Assembly: GCF_009914755.1 (NCBI RefSeq)
Contig: NC_060928.1
DNA from: the human T2T-CHM13v2.0 reference genome, Homo sapiens
Length of the DNA stretch: 64,000 nucleotides
Strand: one strand, 5' to 3'
This document shows positions 45,239-59,465 of the stretch, one piece after another (position 1 is the first letter of the stretch; every line of letters begins with the position of its first letter). The notes beneath the pieces are model-generated. The model searched no databases. It was not told where the DNA came from and worked only from the letters and a program-made list of their open reading frames with translations. Position numbers and translations under genes: made by a program.

Positions 45239-45280
45239 GATAGATAGATAGATAGATAGATATATATAGTGTGTGTATAT
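45211..45280. repeat. Compound (TA)n(TAGA)n(TG)n microsatellite
   Basis: Directly visible. Confidence 0.95.
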
Positions 45281-46869
45281 TGAGAGTACACTATGAATCT
45301 TGGACTATACACAAATGAGTTGTTCTGAAAACTCTATAGATATCAGTATGGCTTATGGGCTATTGCCACATCCAGCCACAAACACTGAGCTATGCATGTG
45401 AGAGAGCATAAGTCAAGGTTTTTTCACAATGTACTGCTAGTGTATCCAACTCTAGATCACAGTGGAGGGGAGCTGAGCAGCTTTCCTCGTCTCTCGCAGC
45501 CTAAGCATCCTGCCTGAAATTCTAGGACAGATCCTTTTCTGAAATCTGATTACCCTGGCTTTACTAAACTTCTGTATGATGCACTAGAATGCAATGGGCA
45601 GAGGGAGACCTTCACACATGATAACACTTGTGTTCCCAGTGTTTCTCTCAGTGATCACTGCTCTGACAGACCTGATGTGGGACCAGTTGGTCATTGTGCT
45701 TGTTTGTTTTCCTGATACCTATGCACATGCAATAGTTACTAAAACAGAATAATGTTGGAACATTAATGGAATGCTGGTCTTCATTGGCAAAGTCTACCTG
45801 GAAAAAGATTATTGTTCAAACAATTATTTTACTATTAAAGGCTAAATACATGCAACACATGTAAAAGAATGTAGAAGGAAAAGAGAAATCTTACTAAATT
45901 CTGAAAGTAGAATAGCTTATTAGAAAGAACACCAAGTTGAAGTTATGAAACAACTTAGACCCTCAGCTCTCACTGAGACTCTAAGTAGCTTTAGAAAATT
46001 ATTGAATTTTGCAACAGCTAGCGACTTTAGAAAAACTACCTATCTCAGTATGTAGATATGTATGCATACAGAGATAGAATCCTCAGCTTGTACGATTATG
46101 TCTAGAATTGAAGATGTTAAATGCTTTGCCAAAGATACAAAAGTATAAAGTGAGGAGTGGCCAGATCTCCTAATACTTGGGTTTTAAAAAATCTCCAGCA
46201 GTCATTTCCAGTGTTCTCACCTGTATCATATCCTCACAGCTAACCTTAGAAGTCCAAATGATTATGGTATTTTCAGGTATATGAACACTAAAACAACTAT
46301 TTAAGCAAACCCAATGTTTGCTTACAAAACTCTTTCCATATTCTACTACATAGATGAGTGTCAAATAAGTAATAAAGGTGCAGACGCAAGGTTTAATTAT
46401 TAATTTATTTGAACTTCCACTCAAGTGTCTGGAAATATTTCTGTTTGATGAGATAACTAGGGCAAAATGGGTGTATAAAAGAGAGTGAAACTGTAGAATG
46501 GTAGACAGAGATTAACATAAACAACCAAGTTTTGTGGAAAAAAGAAGAGCAGGATAAGTATATAGAATACATTTTAGAAATATGAAAATAAAGAGTAGAA
46601 TAAAGAGCTAAATAATTGTTAACACTTGCTATCAAATAGTAGGAATGTACAGATAAAAGTTGAAGAGAAAGGGAAATTTTTCTGTTGTTAACATCTTGTT
46701 ATACCAGTTGAATGTTTATACATAAATAAAATTATGTATTGTATTATTTTTATACAAATATAATTAAATAAAATCAAATATAGTATTTGTATTAAAGTGA
46801 TGGTCATATAGACTACTTCTTAGATTTTAAGAAATTTAGAACTCCTGAATTGATTTACTGAAAAAAAAA

Positions 46870-47157
46870 TTATTTTATGTTTTCTAAAAGTATGTTTTGT
46901 AACACCTAAGGATGTTGATGTTTATGGGAAAAATTCCTCTGTCAAATGTATTTGGAAACTACTATATTTTCCTTCTTGAGAGTCAAAACTCACTTTAATA
47001 CATTTAGATGGTTTGGGAAGTCCATGTGGAAAAAAAAGTATTTCAATTTCATTTGATCCTTTTATTTCATTCAAACACATTTAACCTAGAACACTTTTCC
47101 TTTAGCTTAAAAATTCATCTTGTCAGACAGTGCTTTGTGGGACATAGTACTGGAATT
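46870..47157. mobile_element. MER112/MER113-like hAT-Charlie relic
   Basis: gtcaaatgtatttggaaact and ctttgtgggacatagtactggaa resemble the family's internal and terminal motifs. Confidence 0.45.
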
Positions 47158-47734
47158 CCTATTCTTTATGTTCTTCTTAAACCTATTATGTAATATATCC
47201 CAAATGATTTTAAATAAAATATTGTATAAAAAGTTCTGATACCTAAATATGAAAGAGTGTTTCTAAGATTCTTTAAATCCATGATTCTATTTTATTACTT
47301 ATATTGCCTAGTGATAAAAAGAAAATAGTGTTTGTATACATGGTCTGCTGAAATTCTACTTTTCTAAGGATTATATCAAAAGAAAGAATCTCAAGGTACG
47401 AGCAATAGGGAAGAGATTTTGGAGAGTGATCCACACAAGTTAAGAGCGCTGCAGTCCGGCGTAGGTAAAAAATGGACGGTTCAAATCCAGATTTGAAAAA
47501 ATCAAATGAAATCAGTATGTGTTACATCAGGGCTACTGAAGAAATAAAAGAGAATGTCAAAATGTTCATCTTTCAAAAATTAATGTCAAATAAAGGTAAA
47601 CAGTTATTTTGGAAATGACACTTGTATCCCAATATTCTGCATTTTGCAGTTGCAACTTGCAGGGTTTGTACCATTTTCTAACAAAGATGTGAAAAATTGC
47701 TGAAAGTCTTTCTACTATACGAATGTTATTATTT

Positions 47735-48366
47735 TTCTTTTTTTCTGTTGTATTAAGAGGCCTATTGACACATAATTTACACATTACATAATATACCTAT
47801 TTAAAATATACAGTACAATTTTTAAAAATTACATGTACAGAGATGTGCAACCAGCACCGTCTAATTTCGGAACACTTTTCTTATTCAGAAAGGAAATCCC
47901 ATACACATTGGCAGATTCTCCATATTTCCTAACCCCTCCCAAACCCAAAGCAACCAATAATCTACTCTTTGTCTCAACATAGTTGTCTATTATGGACAGT
48001 TCATATAAATAAAAATATAAAATATGCGGATTTGTGAGGAGCTTTTTTGTCCACAACATAATATTTTCAAGATTCATTCGTGTTGTAGAACATATAGATT
48101 CTTTTTTTCTATTGCCAAAATAATCTATTGTATGGATATACCATATTTGTTTATTCTTTTAACGTTTTATGGACATTTGGATTATTTCTTTTGGTTATTA
48201 TGAGTATGCTCCTATGAATATTTTATAAGTTATTTTTTAGACACATTTTTTTATTTATTTGGGGTATGTACCTAGAGTAAAATTGTTGAGTCTTATGGTA
48301 GCTCAATGTTTAATATTTTGAAGAACTGCCAAATGATTTTCCAAAGTTAACAGCACTATTTCATAT
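47735..48366 (-). mobile_element. L1MB (7/8-like) 3' end
   Basis: gcaaccaataatctactctttgtctc; ttttcaagattcattcgtgttgtag; gaagaactgccaaatgattttccaaag. Confidence 0.8.
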
Positions 48367-48369
48367 TTT

Positions 48370-48707
48370 GGATAAAATAATGACTGTGGAAGATGCTTTT
48401 GGTGGAGCTCCAAAAGTGGTCATTATTCTATGTTTGTTTCAAGACTGCTGGATTTTCACAGCTATCAGACGACTGAGCTGGGCAGAAAGTGGGATAAAAG
48501 TTTCCGCAAATTGAATCATCATATACCTTGCTGTTTTACTGAAGTATTGTTATTTCTGTTGGAGAGACAATTTCCCATTTTAAGTTTGTTATATGGTTGA
48601 ATTAATTTCAGAACTTCTGAAATGTTCAGTTTTCCTTGTTTTGATAGTATTGCAGTTATTTTGTGGGAGATTGGTTCATCATGGTCCTCACTTCATTCTG
48701 GAAGTCA
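48370..48707 (-). mobile_element. Old L1 (L1M4-type) extreme 5' end
   Basis: Minus strand begins gacttccagaatgaagtgaggacc, typical of L1M4/MB/MC 5' termini. Confidence 0.55.
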
Positions 48708-50149
48708 TTTTGTTTCCTCAACAACATATTTTTAAAATTTTGAGATATCTATTATTTTAGGATTTGGTTAGTATAGCTTATCAGGGCATAATGTTGCCTT
48801 TTTATCCTTCAAATTCCATAAAATAATCAACAAATAACACATTCACAGAAAAATAAGACAGAAGCACAGATAACAGAACAAATATGTTAATAAAACAGCA
48901 TGATTTAGTTATATAATTTTATCGAAAATACATACAGTCTTACAAATTGTTTGCAAAAGAAAACTGCTGCAGGGTTATTATAAGATAAGCAGTATTTTGA
49001 ACAGATTCCCTACAGTTTTCTCTTAAAGCACTGGGACTTTTTTAAAGGTCAGCAACCAACTGATTTGTCGTTTGATACATAGCTGAATTGAAATAAATCA
49101 AAACAAGAAATAAAAAAAAATATTTTAAATGAGAATTCTATAGTGGACATCCAACAGAGAAGCCTTTATATATTTTAGATCCTTGAAAATATAAGGGGAG
49201 GTAAATGTTTTGAAAAACATCTGTAGGGGGCTCAAAGATAATAAAGTACAAAAATATAAATTGTAAAATATTACACAAAAGATTTATGTAGTATTTATAA
49301 TGTAGATCTTTATCTTATGAGCAATTATCCAATGCCTAGGGCATTGCTTAAAAAGCAGTAAGTCCATATAATGGGACCTCCTATTGTGTTGTCTGAGAAG
49401 AAAACTCTGCTAGGATCATGAAATGAAAGAACAAAGCTACTTTCACTTGGAACCTTGAAAAAACTAACTTCCAAGATTAACTTTAACTTTTTTTTCTTGG
49501 ATCTGTAGCCAGGGGCATGAAGATTTGAAAGGACCTTAGTTCACCGATTTAAGAATATGTAACCTCATCAATATTAAGGGTCAAATATATTTCTGGAATG
49601 CAGGTCATTCATTCCAGCAATTAAAAAATAAAGAAAAAATGTACTGAATTCATCTTATTGTATTAGATGCTGAGGTAACAGAGTTGAAATGTTCATTTAT
49701 ACTAAATAGGGTACTCTAGAGAACATTCAATTGCATCCACTGTAAAATATTACTTCTTTAAAAATACAAATGTTGAAAACACTATGTTCTAACACTATTA
49801 TTAAAAGATAAAAACTTTCAAGTCCCAATAGAAATAAAACTTGAAGTTTAAATGATTGAATATATATGAATTTAGAAATACTATTACTTTGATTAAAGTT
49901 TCATTATTAAAGGCTTCATATTTTGATGAGTTTTACATTATATATATTACATAATTATTATGTTTATATCCATAATTTATTATTATGTTTATATCCATAA
50001 TCTATCCCCCTATTTACTAAACTATATTATTTTTATAACCCTTATTGTCAGTAGTGTTGGGGTACTTAAACATTACCTAACTTTTCCCTTAAAGTCCAGA
50101 CTTTCTGGCTAAACAAAATCATCATCTCTCTTTATGAGGTCTTGGAGCA

Positions 50150-50270
50150 ATGTCTATAAACATCAGGGGTTAGGCAACATGTGTGTTTTGTTTATGACCC
50201 AGATCCTGTCTTGGTGCCAAGCATATGGTAGGTACTTGATACATATTTGTAGAACATATGAATGAATTAA
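50150..50270 (+). mobile_element. L2 3' terminus
   Basis: gtgccaagcatatggtaggtacttgatacatatttgtagaacatatgaatgaa. Confidence 0.7.
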
Positions 50271-50903
50271 TAATGTAATGAATATATTACTATAGTTCTG
50301 CATAAAAATTACAAATACTATCTGAAGTGTCCAAGTTGCAGAAAGAAAAAAATGTTACCAATGAGATACCACAGCTAAAGAAATGTGACCAATTAATTTC
50401 TTGGTAGTTTCTCAAAGGCAAAATGCATAAAAACATATATATTTATATAATCATTTTCATTGTTTAGTGTACAACCACTGATTTTGATATTTATATTTTA
50501 ATCATTTTTTATATTTTATAAGATGATTTGATGATCCAGTGTTGGAATTTTTTTTTTAATGGAGGATTATACTCTAAGTTATTGATTGAGTTTCTGCCCC
50601 AGGTTAGATGAGAAATGTAAGAGATATGATGTGACTTACATAGTGTATTTTCTAAGTATACTAAGAAAATACATAAACATAATACATAAACTTTAACATA
50701 TAAAATCATCTGCTTTATCAGAGCATAGTAATACAGAATATATATAGAAAATGCATATCACTGTTAATTCTTACTGTTTGCATATAGACTAGAGCATTAT
50801 TAAAACTTCCAGCCTGCCAGGTGACAAAAAATATCTATTTTAATGTTAAAAACAAAAAAAAAATTATTCAGAAGATCAGATTATCCTGGTGAAACGTTTT
50901 TAG

Positions 50904-51267
<364 letters not shown>

Positions 51268-51859
51268 TCTCTTAGATTTCTTGATGCACAGTTTCCTACC
51301 TATCAGTAAATAGGGCAATTGATTTCAGAAATATTGTTTTCCTTTCTATGTTTAATATTTTAGGTAATTTTTAAGCCATTAAGGATAAACATATATCATT
51401 CTTATTTAAAACCATTGCTAATATGAAATTGTTTTGTAAAAATTATAACTAATGTATATTAATTGAAGGAATTTGAAATATAATAAATATACAATATTAT
51501 ATATAGAAATATATATACATATAGAAATATATAGAAATACACAGAATATGTAACAATATTAAAAACGAATAATATTATGCTAATAGTATTGTATCATTTT
51601 GGATCCTCCCACTGAAAATAACCACTCTGATACATAAATCTGTCTCCCTACTTTGTTTTTACTCTGTTGTGTTTGTGTTTGGTGCGTTTATGAGAGAAAG
51701 AGATTCATAAATAAGAAAGTTCATTGTAATTTTATTTTGCAACCTACTTAAAAGGTATCTTGAGAATAGATTGATTTATTTTTTTGAATTTGGCCCTACA
51801 TTTCATGTCCTGTATCTTTGTTTCCTGTCTTTTCCAATATAATTAGCTTTATCAAGTTA

Positions 51860-52300
51860 TTTTGTAGCTTCCCCTGTCAGAAAGTTGGGTGTATTTTCTT
51901 GTTTCTTGTTTATGAATTTGGCCATGTGATTTGACAATGAGACATGTGCAGTAGGACCTTGAAAAGCTGTTTGTGCATTTTTACTTCCCCTTCTGCTTGC
52001 CACTATCATTAAAATGTGCTTGAGCTACCTTGCAGGAGGGAGAAGAACATAGACCTGAGTCCATCCTAGGCAATCGGAAAACTAGTCAACCCCCAGACAG
52101 GGTGTTCAACGTCTGGCCAAGATCAACGCAGCCACCTGGCTGTACTGCAGATAACCACAGACACATGAATCAGCTAATCTGATGCCAGAGGTTCCACAGA
52201 GTTGGCCTGCCAACTCATGACCTAAATTAATGCATATTGCTTTAAGACACTGAGTGCGAGGTGGTATTTTATGCAACATTCTTGTAGTGATTGATATTTT
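51860..52300 (+). mobile_element. MLT1G-like LTR
   Basis: ttggccatgtgattt; ttgaaaagctgtttgtgc; ttgctttaagacactgag...ttatgcaacattcttgtagtgattgata. Confidence 0.7.
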
Positions 52301-52344
52301 AAATAGTGTCTCATGTAGAATTCTTATGCCTTTTTAAAATAGTG

Positions 52345-53840
52345 TTTTTTAAGATAAATTATGTATCATAAAATTGATTATTTTAAATGTGCAATTCAAT
52401 TAATTTCAATATATTGATAGTTATACATCATTATCATAATGTAAATGTTCAGCATTTCACCACCCTAAGTTAAAGAAATGAAAAGAAATAAAAGAAAGGA
52501 AAAGAAAATAAAAGTGTTCATTCATAGCCCCAAGCAACTAATAATTTATTTTCCATCTCTATATATTTACCTATTTTTGGTATTTCATATAAATAAAATC
52601 ATATATTACGTGTTATTTTGTGTCTTCTTTCACTTAGCATAATGATTTTTGGGTTCATCCTTGTGGTAACATGTATCAGTACTCCATTCCTTCATGTTGC
52701 TGAATATTATGCTTTTGTATGGGTATGCCAAACTTTATCTATTTATCAATTAGCAAACATTTGAGTTGTTTCTGCTTTTTTTACTATTGTGAATAATATC
52801 CCTATGAATATTCATATGTAAATCTTTGTGTGGACATATATTTTTATTTCTCTTGTGAATATATTATACTTATGAGTAAAATTGCTGGATTCTATGATAA
52901 GTAAACATTTAGCATTTTGAGAAACTGACAAACTGTTTTAATAAGTGGCTGTATCATTTTACATTCTCACCAACAGTGTATAAAGGTGTTGGTTGTTTTA
53001 CATCCTTGCCAACACCCGATATTATTTGTCTTTTTTCTTGTAGACACCATTGTCAGTGTGAAGGAACATCTTGTGGCTTTGACTTGCATTTCCCTAATGG
53101 CTAATAATATTGAGCATCTTTTTCATGTGTTTATTAGTCATACATGTATCTTCTTTAGAAAAATGTATCTTCAGATCTTTGCTCATTTTTAACTGAGTTA
53201 TCTGTCTTTTTATTGTTGTGTTGTAAGAGTTTTTTGTTGTTGTTTTGGATATAAGTCTTGTGATGTATACTCTGGAAATATTTTTATATTATCACTTGTT
53301 TCGTTGGTATCATATCTAAGAAATCATTGCCTAACCCAAGATTATATATATATATTTTTTTCAAGATGGAGTCTCTCTTTTTTGCCCAGACTGGAGTGCA
53401 GTGGCACAATTTCAGCTCATTGTAACCTCTGCCTGCCGCACAACCTAAGCTTATAAATGTTCACTTCTAAAGGTTTTACCATAGCTTTTACATTTAGATC
53501 AGCCATGCACTTTCAGATAACTTTTTTTCTGTGATGTGAAACCACTCCAAATTTGTTTTTTGAATGTAGAAACCAATTGTCTCAGCATAATTTGTTGAAA
53601 AAAATTATTTTTCCCATTGAATTTTCTTAGCATTTTTGCTGAAAATCAGCTAACTATAAAGTCAAGAGCTTATTTTTCACTCTCAATTGTACACCATTGA
53701 TTCATATGTCTGTCTTTATGCCAGTACCTTACTGTATTCATTACTGTAGTTTTGTAGTGAGTGATGAAATCCATTTTCCTTTTCAACATTGATTTGACTA
53801 TTCTGGGCCCGTAGTATTTCCATATGAATTACAAGCAATC
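52345..53840 (-). mobile_element. L1MB8/L1ME1-like 3' fragment
   Basis: Typical antisense L1 3'UTR/ORF2 sequence (ttcttttcacttagcataat-like; gacttgcatttccctaatggctaat). Confidence 0.8.
53347..53441 (-). mobile_element. 5'-truncated Alu (about 80 bp of the right-arm end)
   Basis: gatggagtctc...gactggagtgcagtggcacaat; TSD aacccaagattata/aacctaagcttata. Confidence 0.85.
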
Positions 53841-53849
53841 TAGTCTGGG

Positions 53850-54270
53850 ACAAACACTATAACCCACAGTGATTGATAGAGCCTGAGTGGCAAAATCTCC
53901 TCAAAGCTAACCACGCTCAATTTCTGGAATTTCATGTATTAAGGTGTCAAGAGAAGTCTTCTTTACTTTTAGTCTCTGAGTTGGCTCGATACAAATCCAG
54001 AACTTCCAACTGTTATTGTTACATACATAGACTAGGACTCAACTACCTATCTTTACCAGGACAAAAAGGTGATAAAATACAAAGAACAACAGAAATATGA
54101 AATGAAGGAGAAATTCTGCATCTATTCAAATCTCTCAACTGATTGAACCTGACTTCACGTTCATCTCTCTTTTCATGGGTAAATTTTGTTGCGCCACTAC
54201 ATTCTCCTTTTTGTGGCTTTAGTTCAAGATGCATTTTGTCTACCAAAATGGAAGGTTTCTAATTGATATA
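53850..54270 (+). mobile_element. LTR16/LTR33-like ERVL LTR relic
   Basis: cacagtgattg near the start; tail cattttgtctaccaaaatggaaggtttctaattgatata. Confidence 0.45.
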
Positions 54271-55117
54271 AATAATTTTTTAATAATTTACCTCATGTGT
54301 GTATCCCATTACTTATTTCAAATGATATCTGGGAAGTGTGAAGAAAGACATCTTTGTTTTAGTACTATATTGTGCTAAGGTCAACAGCACTGAAAGTTCA
54401 ATGATGATACGAAAGTTATATCACCATCAAATGCTCCATTTTTCTTAGTCACTTTGACATATTAATAAACCAAAAGTGATTTGGCTTTTCTTTGAAGATT
54501 TGTTTAAACTATTCTACTTAAGCAAGAGTTATAAGTAATTCAAATTCTAGTTATGTTCAGTCTTATAAAGAACTACTTGATGGCATCAACATTAAGTATA
54601 AAGAAATTTAATGTTTCTAAGCAATATTATTTTTCTTCATGAAACCTGACACAATGAAAACAACTGAGTTAGGGACAATTCTGGAAAAAATTTGTCATAA
54701 GCAAATACCATTATAAATCACTGTATAGTATTTTTACCTGTCAAGATGATTCATTAGTTATTATTCCATTTTTAGCTCTGACCATTGACATATAATCAAG
54801 AACCAGACAACAAAACTGGATAGGTCTGTAAAACTATGAATCTACCAACATTCCAGGCTGGCCACTGAAGTGACAGTTTTAGAAAGATAAAACTTTTCTG
54901 CAAATGAACTTTTATTGAAAACTGAGGGCTAAAAAGTTTAATAAAAAATCTGTTTAATAAACTGGATGTGCAGTGTCCTATTTTCTTTGCCACCATATTC
55001 TTCAACTTTTCATCACTCCATTCCAGGACCTCATCAAATGTGAGAATTCCTGCTATCAACAGTTTCTTAAAGTTTACTTATATCTGTCCTACTAATTTCT
55101 TTTGGAATCTGAGCTGA

Positions 55118-55470
<353 letters not shown>

Positions 55471-55669
55471 TTAGCGGGAATATTATTTATATATCATATC
55501 CATTATTGGCCTCTGATATATGAGATATTAAATATATTTTCTGTGTCTCCAACTAGCTATAATTATTTTCAACAGCAGTCATTTAAAATTGAATATTCCT
55601 TCATACTTTCACTATAACAGATTATGCTTGTGCTTATATTTTCACTGAAAGCTTGGAATTTTAACCTTA

Positions 55670-56120
55670 TCCACTTCTTATATTCCCAACAGTTCATGAG
55701 AGTTCTAATTTTTCTGCCTGCTCTCCAACACTTATTGTTTGGCTTTTTGATGACAGTCCTTCTTCTAGTCAGGGCGAAGTAGTATTTCACAGCGATTTTG
55801 ACTTGCATTTCCTGAAGCTACTGACATTGAGCATCTTTTCATGCGCTTGATGGCCATTTGTGTATCTTCTTTGAAGAAATGTTTTAGATCCTTTTTACAT
55901 TTTAAAAATTAAGCTACTTGTATTTTTAGCATTGAATTGTATAGTTTTTTTTGTATACTACATAAATACTTCCCTTATCAGATACATGATTTGCAAATAT
56001 TTTATCTAAATTTGCTAGTTGTCCTTTTACTTTCTTCTTGGTGTTTTCTAAAGCACAATACTCCTTAATTTTCATGAAATTCAACTGATCTAATTTTTTT
56101 GTGTCTTTCATTACTTTTGA
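55670..56120 (-). mobile_element. L1M ORF2 3' fragment
   Basis: cattgagcatcttttcatg; cccttatcagatacatgatttgcaaatatt. Confidence 0.8.
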
Positions 56121-57559
56121 AACTTTCTTTAATGAATTTTGTACAGAAGCTTCGATCTAATAAAGTTTATTGATGTTTTTATGTCTTGATTTTTTTCCTA
56201 TTTCATTAGTTTCCAGGTTTCTTGCTAGTAGAGCCCTTTTGGAGGAATCTCCCCTTTTCCTATGAAGTACAGACACAAGGTAAATATGATATTTGTTTTG
56301 CAAATAAGTTTTTAAAGAGTCCGTCTGCTTTCTGTAAATACAGAAACATTAATCAATAGTTGCCTTCAGGAAATGATAGCAAAAATCCTTTTACTCCCCT
56401 TGGTTGATAAAACCTTTTCTTTTAATAAAACACTAGTAGTAGTATTCCATTGATGCCTATATTTTACCACAAAATTTGTAAATCATCACCAATGAATAGA
56501 TTAATCTATGAACATTCTCCCTTTTTAGACCTGATAAGATACATCAAAGAAAAACAAAACATGAATACATATTGTGCTACAGTAAATCATAATCATAAAG
56601 CATGAAATAATAATCCTAGCAAGTATTTCAAAATACTCAGCATTTGCATGACATCTCATAATATTCCATGTCACCTTAATAGGCATGTAGTCATTAAATA
56701 ATCAAAAACACCCAACCAATGGAGCTAGTCAATGGTTACAATGAGGAAACTGCATTTCAGAAAACAAGATAGTAATAGAGATATTTTAATTGGCTTTAGC
56801 ACTTCATAGTTTACACAGCAATTTCATTGTCTGTCACGATCCCAATTTTGTCACTGATTTTGTGAGATGCTTGAGGAATACTTCAGTGTCCAGGGTAACC
56901 AGTAAGTTATACATCAGCAATGAATTACACAGGCATCTAAATAAATATATACATATATAAAACAAAATTTTAGCTTAGGTTTCTAATCAAATGCAGAGTT
57001 TTAGTTTTGTCATATACTAAATAAAACAGAGTATTCTTACTGAGTAATGAAAAAATATTTACCATTTATTAAGTATAAAAATCCTCTAACTTATCTAAAC
57101 CACTTACACAATTTGATTTTTAAATGGATGTGGCCAGTCTTGATGTTTCTGTTACCCTGACTTGGTCTTTGTCCCTGCTTCCTGAGAAGTTAAGGTTCTT
57201 GCCAATGCCACCTGAATATTTCCTCTCTATCCACTCAGCCTTGGTATTTAATGGTTGCTTGCTTAACAATGTGCTCTCTTATTTTATTTCTACATTATAT
57301 GAATCACATTGCCTCAATATTTCACTGCCTGACTGATCCACCTAAAATATGTTTTTTTATATTCTCATGTCTTAGACTCTGAGACCTTCTAAAGATCTCT
57401 TTGCCCCCTTTTATCCCACATGGATATATTTTTGCAAATTCCTAAAGTTATTATTTGTTAACTGCTTTATTATAGTGCCAATATCTCACCTTAAAAAACC
57501 TTTGCTTATCAGAAAACAAAAAAGTTAGCCATTTTTCATTAACATACCCTTGTATCAAC

Positions 57560-58076
57560 AATGTAAATATAAAATGGATTCAATACAACAGAAGTTCCAA
57601 AAATGCAATTAGCAGAGATTTAACACAGATAAAGGTTTGTCAATTCCTCCTAACAGAAGTCCAGAAGTAGAAAAGGCAAGTATGGGTATATTATGGTGTA
57701 CTGACTTGGCTCCACAAACTGCAGTGACCCAGGCTGCTTCCAATTCTCCAGTCTACAGTTCCTAAGATATGTCCTTGACTCTTATGGTCCAAGATGACTG
57801 CTGGAGCTTCAGCCATCATATTTGCTTCACACTTTAAGGTTGGATATAGAGGTAAAATGTGCAGCCTCTCCTTTGAGAACTTTTCCAGGAAACTGCACTA
57901 AACACTTTCACTTACCTGGGAATGGCCAAACCTTGAACATAGACCAAACACAGTTGCAGTAGAAACTAGATAAAGTGTTCTTGTACTTGGGCAGCAATTT
58001 GCCAAGATAAAAATCGAGATACCTACTGCAGAAGGATAAGAGAATTGATATTTGAAAGGAGTGGTGCCTCTCTCAG
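57560..58076 (-). mobile_element. MLT1J-like LTR
   Basis: atggtccaagatgactgctggagcttcagccatcat; actttcacttac...tggccaaacctt. Confidence 0.75.
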
Positions 58077-58121
58077 AATATTATTGTTTTGATTTATTCA
58101 GGAAAGGAAAGGATGGCTCAT

Positions 58122-58508
58122 TGTATTGGTCCATTTTCATACTGCTGTAAATAACTACCAGAGTCTGGGTAATTTATGAAAGAGAGAAGTTTAATTGACT
58201 CACAGTTCTGCATGGCTGGGGAGGCCTCAGGAAACTTACAATCATGGCAGAAGGTGAAGGGGAAGGAAGGCACCGTCTTCACAAGGCGGCAGGAAAGAGA
58301 AATGCCGAGCTAAGAGAGAAGAGCCCCTTATAGAATCATCAGATCTCGTGAGAAATCACTCACTATTATGAGAACAGCATAGGGAAAAACACCCCCATGA
58401 TTCAATGACCTCCACCTGTCTCTCCCTTGACACATGAGGATTATAGGGATAATAGGGATTACAATTCAAGATGAGATTTGGGTGGGGATACAAAGCCTAA
58501 CCATATCA
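58122..58508 (-). mobile_element. THE1D-like MaLR solo LTR
   Basis: tgtattggtcc...ggaggcctcaggaaacttacaatcatggc...cctaaccatatca; TSD ctcat/ctcac. Confidence 0.9.
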
Positions 58509-59044
58509 CTCACACATATTAAAATATTTGTACAATTTTACTCAATTAACATAGTTCCATTTTGAAATTAGGATTATATAATTACACAGTCTTCTTCTTA
58601 TTTCTTTAGCATGGACTCTCCCATTTCAGGGTAAATTCTGAATAAATTATGTTTCTAGCCTACATTTTATTTGTTACCTGCTTTTCCCTTCAGGGCACTA
58701 TATTCAGAGAGAGTCCACTATTATTCATTTTAAAAGCGGACTTTTACACTTTATTTCTCCTGTAATTCTAATACATGGAATGCTTTTTCTTTTCAGTGTA
58801 TTAGTATTTATCCATCATCAGAATAAATACTAATTTTATGTATTTATCCATGGTCAGGATAAATATTAATTTTATGTATTTAATTTTATGTGTTATTTAG
58901 ATCCCTCAAAGGAACAAAAATATTTTGTCTATTGTATGTTCTACTTCATAGAGCATTTATGGTCATTATGACTTTATAGATCTATTTCCACTATTATCCT
59001 CTTTCCAATTCTAGAGCATAGGGAAATGTGTGCCACATAGAAGT

Positions 59045-59465
59045 AGTTATGGGCAGAATTGTGTCCTACCGATATTCATATGTGAAAGCCAAAATCCCTA
59101 GTACCTTATAATGTTGATTGTGTTTGGAGATAGGACCTTTAAAGAGATGATTAAATTAACAAGGTCATTATGGTGGGCCCCAATCCAATCTAGATCAGTG
59201 TCCTTATAAGAAGAGGACATCTGTACACAGAGAGCAAGCCACCAGGAGTGCTCTTGCTCAGAGGAAAGAACACATGAGGATGCAGTAAGAAGGCAGCCAC
59301 CTGAAAGCCAAAGAGAGAGGCCTCTGGAGAAACCAAATTGGCTGACGTCTTGATCTTGGACTTCTAGCCTCCAGACTGTGAAAATATCTTTTTGCTTGTT
59401 TGTTTGTTTGTTTAAGCCACCCAATCTGTGTATTTTGTTAGGACATAGGCAAATGCAGAAGACAT
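59045..59465 (+). mobile_element. MLT1B-like LTR
   Basis: tttggagataggacctttaaagag; ttgatcttggacttctagcctccagactgtga. Confidence 0.85.
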
